From positions 621,217 to 685,216 of the forward strand of contig CP062796.1 in NCBI GenBank assembly GCA_018208355.1: a stretch of DNA of 64,000 bases. The letters are read 5' to 3'. Source of the DNA: Candidatus Fermentithermobacillus carboniphilus (GTDB lineage Bacteria; Bacillota; Sulfobacillia; Fermentithermobacillales; Fermentithermobacillaceae). Positions 1 through 6,475 of the stretch are shown in pieces. The number at the start of each line of letters is the position of its first letter. Within the stretch, counting starts at the first letter, position 1. The notes beneath the pieces were generated by a model. It searched no databases. It worked only from the letters and a program-made list of their open reading frames with translations, and had not been told where the DNA came from. The position numbers and the translations under genes are program-made.

Positions 1-859
1 TTTCGTAGATCTTATACTCAAACTCCTTGTTTGCCGCCTTGAGGGCCTTTATTAGGTGCTCGACTTCCAGAACATTGACATCTTCGTCATTGGTGGTGGT
101 ATGGATGAGGAGCGGCGTCTGGAGCTTTTCCGCGTTCCACGCCGGCGAGCGCCTCCTGTATTCCTGCACGTCCTCATAGGCGGTCTTTCCCAGGTGGTAA
201 TCGGCCGAGAAAATGCGCCTGTAAGCTTCGGTCTTGTATCCCATCCGGGCCACAAGGTCGCTAACCGGAACCCCCGCATAAGCTGCTTTGTACGCCTCCG
301 GGTGGTTGAAAATGTTCATCAGGGTTATAAGACCACCGTGGCTCCAGCCCAGTATTCCGACTCGCTCAGGGTCAACCAGAGGTTCATTTTCAACCATCCA
401 GTTCCGTGCCTCATAAGTATCTTCGATCTCGAGGCCACCGTAGTCGATAAGCTTGTAGAATATCTCACCGTATCCCGTACTGCCCCGGTACTCGGGGGCG
501 ATTATGATGTAACCCTGTTCGATGAGTTCTCTGACCACGTTTGCCGAGCTGGTGGAGAAGTTGGCGTGAACTCCTCCGTGGGGAAAGACCAGCAAGGGAT
601 ATTTCCTGCCCGCAACCGCATTTTTAGGTACGAAGGTATAGGCGTGGATCTTGAGAGGGTTGCCCTTATCCTGGGGAGGTTGAGCTAGAGTATTGGCAGG
701 CGGGGGTCCAGTGAACACTACCTTGTCGATGCGGGCGATGTCTCCAACTTTGTTGTACCACAAGAGGTCATCCACCTGCTTCGACAGCGCCAGGAACATG
801 TGCAGCATGCTTTCTTGCTGCCGCTTGAGCTCCTCGATCTGGTTTTGTATGTCCTCCAT
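1..859 (-). CDS. alpha/beta-hydrolase of the peptidase S9 / dienelactone-hydrolase type, partial (C-terminus runs off the window start)
   Basis: Reverse-strand translation from the ATG at 859 (GGAG 9 nt upstream) gives MEDIQNQIEELKRQQESMLHMF...GRKYPLLVFPHGGVHANFS...GILGWSHGGLITL... with a GxSxG nucleophile motif and an HGG oxyanion motif. There is no stop before position 1. It is absent from the ORF track because no in-window stop exists. Confidence 0.6.
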   Translation of the reverse strand, partial: MEDIQNQIEELKRQQESMLHMFLALSKQVDDLLWYNKVGDIARIDKVVFTGPPPANTLAQPPQDKGNPLKIHAYTFVPKNAVAGRKYPLLVFPHGGVHANFSTSSANVVRELIEQGYIIIAPEYRGSTGYGEIFYKLIDYGGLEIEDTYEARNWMVENEPLVDPERVGILGWSHGGLITLMNIFNHPEAYKAAYAGVPVSDLVARMGYKTEAYRRIFSADYHLGKTAYEDVQEYRRRSPAWNAEKLQTPLLIHTTTNDEDVNVLEVEHLIKALKAANKEFEYKIYE

Positions 860-878
860 CCGGTCCACTCCTTTCCAA

Positions 879-909
879 TTCGTTCGGAAGCCACTGCCAT
901 CCGAACGAA
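879..909 (-). promoter_or_regulatory. 10-bp perfect stem hairpin (TTCGTTCGGA / TCCGAACGAA, 11-nt loop) immediately upstream of the hydrolase RBS
   Basis: Inverted repeat read directly from the sequence. There is no U-tract, so it is more likely a leader or processing structure than a terminator. Confidence 0.25.
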
Positions 910-917
910 AAACATTT

Positions 918-1267
918 CTACCGCGGAAGTATTCTATAAACCCCACAGACAGTCCTCTCGAAAAACCACCCCGGGGGAGTATCCCGTATTTTGCCCACTC
1001 GCAGGCGAGGGCCCTTGTGACGGTAACCACTCCCCCTTTGGAGGCGTGGTAGACACTGGCACCGGATGTATACGGCATGCCCTCCGCTTTGGTTGATCTG
1101 GTCGGCAGTTTCCTGGTTCTTCTCACTCACGCCGGTGATGCCACTTTGGCGCCAAACCGGGAAAGTCCGATACATATCGCTTTGGCTATGCCTCGCGAAC
1201 CGCCGGTGACGATGGCTACCTTTCCGCTGAGATCAAACAGTTCAGGTCCAACTTCCAACGAAACCAT
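918..1267 (-). pseudogene. Decayed short-chain dehydrogenase/reductase (SDR) gene remnant
   Basis: Three SDR pieces lie in different frames: an N-terminal Rossmann motif MVSLEVGPELFDLSGKVAIVTGGSRGIAKAI (start 1267); then ...EKNQETADQINQSGGHAVYIRC; then the catalytic YxxxK block SVYHASKGGVVTVTRALACEWAKYGI. Together they span only ~350 nt, whereas an SDR needs ~750 nt. This implies a frameshift near 1140 and an internal deletion junction near 1050-1066. Confidence 0.45.
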
Positions 1268-1459
1268 CTAACCAAGGTCCCCTTTCCATCTGAGTTTGGG
1301 CCAGCGTGCCGGGGAACTACGGCAGTCATCCGCCAACTCCCGGCCCAGACGCTCTAGGATAGCCTTTATGGGGACTCTCCAAATCATGCGGGACGGCACA
1401 CATAGATGAAGCGATAGACTTTCGGACGGTGAAATTGGGACTCTTCTCGCCCGAAGGCC

Positions 1460-3388
1460 TCATGACTTGGGACTCAAGAGAGAACATTCTCTGTGCAGCT
1501 CTCTCACGTCCCAGTGTCTTTTCTCGTAGATCTGGTAGGCCCTGTTCCTGAAAGGTCGGGAGGCATGGAAGTCCCCTATTCCCTCCAGGTAGTTTGAAAG
1601 CCACAGGGCTCCGCAGGCAAGATCTCTCTCAGCCCCTTCTCGCTGAAAGAGGTCTATAGCTCTTTTGCCGTAGTCTATTACCTCTTTGTGCCTGTTCTGT
1701 TTAGACAGGATACAGGCGTTCAAGAGGAAGACCCAGCCTGTCTCAACGTGCGATTTACCGTTCAGGACAGGTGCAGCTTTCTGAAGAAGGGACATGGCTG
1801 CTTCAATCTTTCCTTCGCGTAAATACACTTTGGCCAGCTCAACGGCAGCGTAAGCCCAGTGAGTTGAAAGGTTCTTCTGCTCGTAGATGGCCTGGGCTTT
1901 CAGGAGATATTCGCGGGCCATAGCTGTGTCGTCTTCCCTGTACATCAACATTCCGAGGTTGTGCCAGGCAACCGCCAGGTCGTCCAGTTCCTCGGGAGGG
2001 CACTTCTCGACACAGGAGACGAAGTGAGTTTTCGAAGCCTTCCAGTTGCGTCGCTGGAACTCAATGAGACCGAGCATGAGGTCGATGTGGGATTTGACTT
2101 TCCTCGCTTCAGCGAATTCCTTGTCTGAAGACCATCGCTTGGCCTCTTTCAGGGCATTTTCTGCCTGGTCTAGTTTACCCGCACCGAAATAAGCTGAAGC
2201 CAGGTTTATCAAGAGCTTCCCATAGGTCGGGAGGGGTTCAGGGGTCAAAGAGAGGCCTTTCTTATACCACTGGACGGCTCTGGCATAGTCGTGTTCTGAA
2301 TAAAGATTACCCATGGCAAGACACACCTGTCCCGCCAGGTCGGACAAACCTGCGTCTTCCACGCTTTTCAAGGCATACGCCCCGATTTCTCCCGCGCCAT
2401 TGAGATTGCCGGCTCTTCCCAGACAGCGAATTGCTTCGCACACACACGCGATCCTCTCCTTCGGGTTGTCAAGAGCCGCGTAGACCACGGATGCTTCATG
2501 CCATACTTTGGCCGCGTTGTCCCACAGATTCAGCGATTCAAAAGAACGGGCGCTTTTTCGGAAATGCAAAAGCGCATCCTCGCTCATGCCCGCCTTCACC
2601 ATCTTCTGGGCAAGATCCATCTCGAAGAAAGGACCCTGGTCAGGCAAGGCTTCCATGGCCCTGGAGAGTCTACCGTGGAGCAGTCTTATTTTTTCATAGG
2701 AAAAGATAGAAGAAATCGAAGGGGAAAGGTCTGCCTTCAGATTTATCCTCTTCCCGCCGACATCATCCAACAAGTTCAAAAGCCCTCTTCTTTCAAGATT
2801 TTCAGTCAGCCTGGAGAATTCGTCCGCGGGCATTTCGGTCATGGCCATCACCCAGTCAAGCCTGGCATTGTTCCCGGCCAGGGAGAAAAGGGCGAGAAGT
2901 TCTCTCTCTGCGGGCAAAAGAGACAAGAGGGCCTCCTGAGTAGCCGCCGTCTGCCGCTGGTCCTCGGCTTCGAACTCGTTCAAAAGACGCGAGAGAAAGT
3001 AGGACACCGAGCGTACATCCTGGTCGGTAAGCATGCTCAAAGCCATGTAAAACGAGGTCCTCCGGTTCTCAAGATTCGCCTTTTTGATGAAAAGGTCGAT
3101 TAGGCCCTTGATTTCGAGTCTATGGGGATCCTCGTACAGCGAAATGTCACTTAGGTTTTCTTCTGTCAAACCGTCTTCAGCGAAAAGCCGGGCGATCGGC
3201 ACGTTGAAGAAAGAGGCAATACGGTCCTTATACTCGTCGCTGAGATTTCGCCTGGCACCATTCAACACCAGCGAGAGATATGTATCGGACAGCCCTATCC
3301 TTTCAGCAAGGTCTTTGACCCTGACGTTCCTTTGCGCCATTAGGGTTTTCACGTTCTTGGCAAAGACTTCCAGGCTCGACAACACCAT
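1460..3388 (-). CDS. Transcriptional regulator: N-terminal XRE-family HTH followed by a large TPR-repeat domain (RNPP-like architecture), ~642 aa
   Basis: The N-terminus MVLSSLEVFAKNVKTLMAQRNVRVKDLAERIGLSDTYLSLVLNGARRNLS is a typical HTH_XRE. The C-terminal half carries multiple TPR-like units (e.g. AWHNLGMLMYREDDTAMAREYLLKAQAIYEQ; WAYAAVELAKVYLREGKIEAAMSLL). The track ORF starts at 3484 but would read through the terminator hairpin, so the start is placed at the ATG at 3388. Confidence 0.7.
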   Translation of the reverse strand: MVLSSLEVFAKNVKTLMAQRNVRVKDLAERIGLSDTYLSLVLNGARRNLSDEYKDRIASFFNVPIARLFAEDGLTEENLSDISLYEDPHRLEIKGLIDLFIKKANLENRRTSFYMALSMLTDQDVRSVSYFLSRLLNEFEAEDQRQTAATQEALLSLLPAERELLALFSLAGNNARLDWVMAMTEMPADEFSRLTENLERRGLLNLLDDVGGKRINLKADLSPSISSIFSYEKIRLLHGRLSRAMEALPDQGPFFEMDLAQKMVKAGMSEDALLHFRKSARSFESLNLWDNAAKVWHEASVVYAALDNPKERIACVCEAIRCLGRAGNLNGAGEIGAYALKSVEDAGLSDLAGQVCLAMGNLYSEHDYARAVQWYKKGLSLTPEPLPTYGKLLINLASAYFGAGKLDQAENALKEAKRWSSDKEFAEARKVKSHIDLMLGLIEFQRRNWKASKTHFVSCVEKCPPEELDDLAVAWHNLGMLMYREDDTAMAREYLLKAQAIYEQKNLSTHWAYAAVELAKVYLREGKIEAAMSLLQKAAPVLNGKSHVETGWVFLLNACILSKQNRHKEVIDYGKRAIDLFQREGAERDLACGALWLSNYLEGIGDFHASRPFRNRAYQIYEKRHWDVRELHRECSLLSPKS

Positions 3389-3430
3389 CACCCGCCTAAA
3401 CTCTAGCCTAACACCGCAGCTCAGAGAGTG

Positions 3431-3466
3431 TAAAGAAAAAGAAGCACCGGGAAACACTTCCCGGTG
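3431..3466 (-). terminator. Rho-independent terminator/attenuator between the peptide gene and the regulator gene
   Basis: Perfect 9-bp GC-rich stem CACCGGGAA-acac-TTCCCGGTG (3445-3466) followed on the minus strand by CUUCUUUUUCUUUA (3444-3431). Confidence 0.5.
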
Positions 3467-3493
3467 TACCGGTCCCTTGCCCACTTTGCCGAC

Positions 3494-3733
3494 CTAGACG
3501 ATGATGATGCTGTTGTTCGCGCCCGGCGGGATTGGGATGGGGATCCCAGGGCCATCATCGCACGTCGTGATGATGATATTGTTGCTACCCGGCGGGATCG
3601 GAATCGGGATTCCGGGACCATCATCGCAGGTGGTTACCGGACGAGCCTTCGGACCGGATATCCCCAGAACCGAGGCGAGCCCCAGGACCACCGCGAGGGT
3701 ACCCAACACCAGCTTGTAGAATGTCCTCTTCAT
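3494..3733 (-). CDS. Small secreted peptide precursor (79 aa) with signal peptide and two tandem 22-23-aa repeats; candidate signalling pro-peptide
   Basis: Product: MKRTFYKLVLGTLAVVLGLASVLGISGPKARPV-[TTCDDGPGIPIPIPPGSNNIII]-[TTCDDGPGIPIPIPPGANNSIII]-V. GGAGG lies 7 nt upstream of the ATG at 3733. It has a hydrophobic signal peptide and a terminator right after the stop. The two repeats differ at 10 synonymous third positions, with only 1 amino-acid change plus a 1-codon indel. Confidence 0.55.
   Translation of the reverse strand: MKRTFYKLVLGTLAVVLGLASVLGISGPKARPVTTCDDGPGIPIPIPPGSNNIIITTCDDGPGIPIPIPPGANNSIIIV
3500..3634. repeat. Tandem ~66/69-nt direct duplication inside the peptide gene
   Basis: Units at 3569-3634 and 3500-3568, aligned codon by codon from the sequence. 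Confidence 0.8.
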
Positions 3734-3790
3734 TACGGAACCTCCGTCCATGAGATCGAGTGGAATGTTCCGCTTCGCTGGGACCCTCTA

Positions 3791-3820
3791 TCTATATGGG
3801 CCTTTTGCCGGCAGTTACAA
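3791..3820 (-). promoter_or_regulatory. Putative sigma-A promoter of the peptide gene (TTGTAA-N18-TATAGA)
   Basis: Hexamers read on the minus strand (-35 at 3820-3815, -10 at 3796-3791), ~55 nt upstream of the start codon. Confidence 0.3.
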
Positions 3821-3825
3821 AAAGT

Positions 3826-3849
3826 GAGGCAGCAACCCGGTGCTGCCTC
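3826..3849 (-). terminator. Hairpin (GAGGCAGCA-acccgg-TGCTGCCTC) followed on the minus strand by ACUUUUUGUAA; an upstream insulator/terminator ahead of the peptide promoter
   Basis: Perfect 9-bp inverted repeat. The U-rich tract overlaps the proposed -35. Confidence 0.3.
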
Positions 3850-3980
3850 CAAAAACGGTGGATGCCGGCTGAGTACTCGGCCTCAAGTTGGGTCAACCTT
3901 TGTTTCTACTCCGAACCTCGGAGTTCCTTTAACAGCTTATTTAATTCCTGTTAGTTGATGACAATTGCGAGTTTTGTTTA

Positions 3981-4179
3981 TCTGTCAGAAAACTACGATT
4001 CGTGTTTCACCGTGATTCGATAATTACGGTTTTCTGTCAGTTAATCTACACGGGCGATTTCAAGGTGGCGATTCGAAAATCGGGCCAAAAATATTCTGTG
4101 AGCTAAGATCGACCTTCTGGGCAGAGCCTAATTCCCCGCTCGGTACCGTCGGTTGGACTTTGTGTGCTATTCTGACAGA
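3981..4179. promoter_or_regulatory. Three copies of a 9-bp palindrome TCTGWCAGA (3981-3989, 4033-4041, 4171-4179); candidate operator sites in the divergent intergenic region
   Basis: Exact motif occurrences read from the sequence. GATTCG also recurs three times between the first two boxes. The nearest HTH proteins are the HTH-TPR regulator and the small XRE ORF at 4196. Confidence 0.3.
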
Positions 4180-4195
4180 GGGCGATCTTTAGAGC

Positions 4196-4363
4196 CTGAG
4201 GAAGCAACTTATTAAACTACGTGAAAAGAATGGGTTGAACCGTGAGGAATTCGTCAAGAAACTCGGCCTTTGCGGAGACTTGGATGGATGCGAAGAGGAG
4301 GTACGAAAAGGAATTTGGGCAAAAGAAAAACGATTGAGAAGTACGGAGGAAGAGCATGGGTAA
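4196..4363 (+). CDS. Small XRE-type HTH protein (~55 aa) overlapping the NYN gene start; no canonical start codon (possible CTG at 4196)
   Basis: The frame is open from the TAG at 4190-4192 to the TAA at 4361-4363. It encodes LRKQLIKLREKNGLNREEFVKKLGLCGDLDGCEEEVRKGIWAKEKRLRSTEEEHG, which resembles the HTH_XRE core (L..I..LRe..GLsqeEla.klG). Its stop overlaps the NYN ATG (cATGGGTAA). AGAGGG lies 14 nt before the CTG. Confidence 0.35.
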   Translation: MRKQLIKLREKNGLNREEFVKKLGLCGDLDGCEEEVRKGIWAKEKRLRSTEEEHG

Positions 4364-4847
4364 CGTCGCAATTCTGCTTGATAGCGGGTATCTGAACAAT
4401 GTTCTTAAGAAGTATTACGGAGAAACCCGCTTGGATTACCGTGAATTCGCAGATTGGGTGTGTGATAAGGGTAGTCTCTTCCAGGTTTATTATTATGACT
4501 GCTTGCCTTACCAATCCGCCAATCCGACCCCTGAAGAAGCGCAAATGATATCGAAGAAACAGAAGTTTCTTCAAAGCCTGAGGAAGATAGACAGATTTAC
4601 TGTACGGTTGGGGCGTCTGGAGTACCGTGGTCATACAGATGACGGCAAGCCCATCTTTCAGCAAAAGAGAATTGATCTTCAAATCGGGCTAGATGTCGCA
4701 TCTCTCGTCTTCAATCAAAGGATAGACACTATTGCTATCGTTTCTGGTGACAGCGACTTAATACCGGCCATCGAACTTGCAAAGAATAACGGCATCATTA
4801 TTCGCTTAGTCCACGGCCCAAAACCCACGTACCATCAAGATTTGTAG
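4356..4847 (+). CDS. NYN-domain (LabA-like / PIN-like) predicted ribonuclease, 163 aa
   Basis: It begins with the block VAILLDSGYLN and carries SGDSDLIPAIE, matching NYN acidic motifs. Its start is strongly coupled to the upstream HTH ORF. Local GC is visibly lower than in the flanking genes. Confidence 0.65.
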   Translation: MGNVAILLDSGYLNNVLKKYYGETRLDYREFADWVCDKGSLFQVYYYDCLPYQSANPTPEEAQMISKKQKFLQSLRKIDRFTVRLGRLEYRGHTDDGKPIFQQKRIDLQIGLDVASLVFNQRIDTIAIVSGDSDLIPAIELAKNNGIIIRLVHGPKPTYHQDL

Positions 4848-5157
4848 GATATCGCTGATGAGAGAATGGAGATACTGCTCAAATTGTTGAGAAGATATCC
4901 AAAAAATAGAGAAGGCCGCCCGTGGCGGTCTCTCTCGCATAGATACCTGGGCATCCCCATCGGAACGCCAGGGAGTATTGTCACCATTATTTTATGCACA
5001 GACTGATGGTTTTAGTCAATACGGAGAAGCGTGAAGGTAAGTCTCCAACGAGAAACAGTTCAGACTCGACGATCTACTTTTGAATTCAAATGGCGGCAAC
5101 TGATTGCAGTCTGTAATCGCGTTGGATTGGCTCCGTGGAGATTTTCCCTGCTAGACA

Positions 5158-5245
5158 TGGTGCCGGGGGCGGGAGTCGAACCCGCACGCGGGGCTACCGC
5201 ACGCGATTTTGAGTCGCGCATGACTGCCAGTTCCATCACCCCGGC
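5158..5245 (-). tRNA. tRNA-Leu (anticodon CAA), 88 nt with a long variable arm and encoded CCA
   Basis: Reverse complement: GCCGGGGTGATGGAACTGGCAGTCATGCGCGACTCAAAATCGCGTGCGGTAGCCCCGCGTGCGGGTTCGACTCCCGCCCCCGGCACCA. It has a 7-bp acceptor stem, an anticodon stem CGCGA/TCGCG with loop CUCAAAA, and a GGTTCGACTCC T-arm. Confidence 0.85.
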
Positions 5246-5477
5246 ACTGACAAGTTGATTTTAGCATGGGAAGTGCCGGTTCACAAGACGGGAGTTACCG
5301 CCAAGTTGCCACCATACCAAGTCGCCGCCAGCAGGCGGGCACGAATGGTATCTGTTTTCAGTAGGCAAGCAACGTATCTCAATCTGCCCTTTCAGAAACG
5401 GTTGAAACAAGAGACCGCCCAAGGAATTGAATAGGACAAGCGCCTTTCTTTGATGCTAAACGGGGAGGTGTCTTTGG

Positions 5478-5618
5478 GTGGACGATAACTGCGAGAAGAC
5501 TTCCTGGGATTTTGGTGGCCTTTGGTGGTGGCTGGCCCACATCGCCATGGTCGTAGTCTCTTTCTGGATCGGGATGAAATTTGCCACAAGGTGTCACGCA
5601 AGCGAAGAGACAAGCTGA
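5478..5618 (+). CDS. Small predicted membrane protein (46 aa)
   Basis: GTG start with GGGGAGGTG 7 nt upstream. Product: MDDNCEKTSWDFGGLWWWLAHIAMVVVSFWIGMKFATRCHASEETS, with one clear TM helix. It is under 60 aa, so it is not in the track. It overlaps the antisense 114-aa track ORF, which looks like a GC-frame artefact. Confidence 0.3.
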   Translation: MDDNCEKTSWDFGGLWWWLAHIAMVVVSFWIGMKFATRCHASEETS

Positions 5619-5727
5619 TAAAGTCCTATTCCGGTCTTTTAACCAGAAATACATGCCCGCGCCCCGGTTCGGGCCAGGCCTGAGCGTCTGTGCAAATACC
5701 AGAACCGGGGCATTGCCAGGCATGTCC

Positions 5728-6120
5728 TCATAAGTCGATGAAGATGTAGTTTCGTATCCACCTTTTCACTAGAGCCCTAGCTATGAACCTCGTAGGCGGA
5801 AACATCAAGAAAACGCCCGCAATATCGGTGAGAAGTCCCGGGGTAATTAGCAAAACTGCCCCTATAGAGACCAGTACTCCGTCAATTATCTGGTCCCCGG
5901 GAATTCGTCCCTGGTGTACCTCTCGCTTCAGGGCCCGAATGACGCCGTAACCTTCGAGACCGAGGAGAATTCCTCCCAAGATTCCGGTGCCTATTACCAT
6001 GGCAACCGTCCAAAAGGTCCCTATACGTCGCCCGACCTCAATCAGGAGCGCAAGTTCTATAATGGGCAAGATGGTAAACACGAAGATACCGGTCAATACC
6101 AATTTAGCCGTGAACGACAT
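5728..6120 (-). CDS. fxsA: FxsA family cytoplasmic membrane protein
   Basis: MSFTAKLVLTGIFVFTILPIIELALLIEVGRRIGTFWTVA...LLTDIAGVFLMFP matches the FxsA pattern. Start placed at the ATG at 6120. Confidence 0.6.
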   Translation of the reverse strand: MSFTAKLVLTGIFVFTILPIIELALLIEVGRRIGTFWTVAMVIGTGILGGILLGLEGYGVIRALKREVHQGRIPGDQIIDGVLVSIGAVLLITPGLLTDIAGVFLMFPPTRFIARALVKRWIRNYIFIDL

Positions 6121-6244
6121 CCTCCCCAGCCCCCGCAGTTTTACGGTCCCCCCGGCGCCGGTGCGCCCCTGATCTGAATTGCCCTCAAATTTCGATAACA
6201 AACGCAAAAATGCCCGTTATCTACAGTGACTCCGGGAATCTGGT

Positions 6245-6358
6245 CTACTCTTCTTTTCTAGTCATTATCTTTATAACCACGTACAATCCTCCCATAACCA
6301 TGAAAATGGTACTCATGGACACCCCAGTTATCCGCAGAGTCTCCCGCAGTACGTCCAT
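6245..6358 (-). CDS. 37-aa hydrophobic peptide directly downstream of the decarboxylase beta subunit (possible small gamma/delta-like subunit)
   Basis: MDVLRETLRITGVSMSTIFMVMGGLYVVIKIMTRKEE. A single TM segment, located where such operons usually carry small subunits. Speculative. Confidence 0.3.
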   Translation of the reverse strand: MDVLRETLRITGVSMSTIFMVMGGLYVVIKIMTRKEE

Positions 6359-6475
6359 GCTTCTCCCCCGTTTCTTTCAAAGATGAACCGCCTTCAAAAT
6401 GCCTTTGCCGCTCACATCGGGACCATTTTGTAACCCTGCCACACACCTGCCGAAATCAACTCAGTTCAAACTCAA

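Noticed and set aside
1460-3484. ORF-track start of the regulator at 3484 (MGKGPVHREVFPGASFSL...).
   Set aside because: The extra 32 codons translate straight through the terminator hairpin and are compositionally odd. The HTH begins at the ATG at 3388.
3464-3958. Plus-strand ORFs (164 aa at 3464-3958 and 72 aa at 3501-3719) antisense to the repeat-peptide gene; the 72-aa one also shows a repeat (GGIGMGIPGPSS x2).
   Set aside because: These ORFs have no SD, no signal peptide, and a start within the other gene. The divergence between the two repeat units falls on third codon positions of the minus-strand frame, so it would be non-synonymous on the plus strand. The minus-strand peptide has an RBS, signal peptide, promoter and terminator.
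5379-5723. 114-aa minus-strand ORF downstream of fxsA.
   Set aside because: Pro/Arg-rich GC-frame-like composition, no recognisable domain, no SD. The overlapping plus-strand 46-aa ORF has a strong RBS and a clean TM helix, so it is preferred, though weakly.
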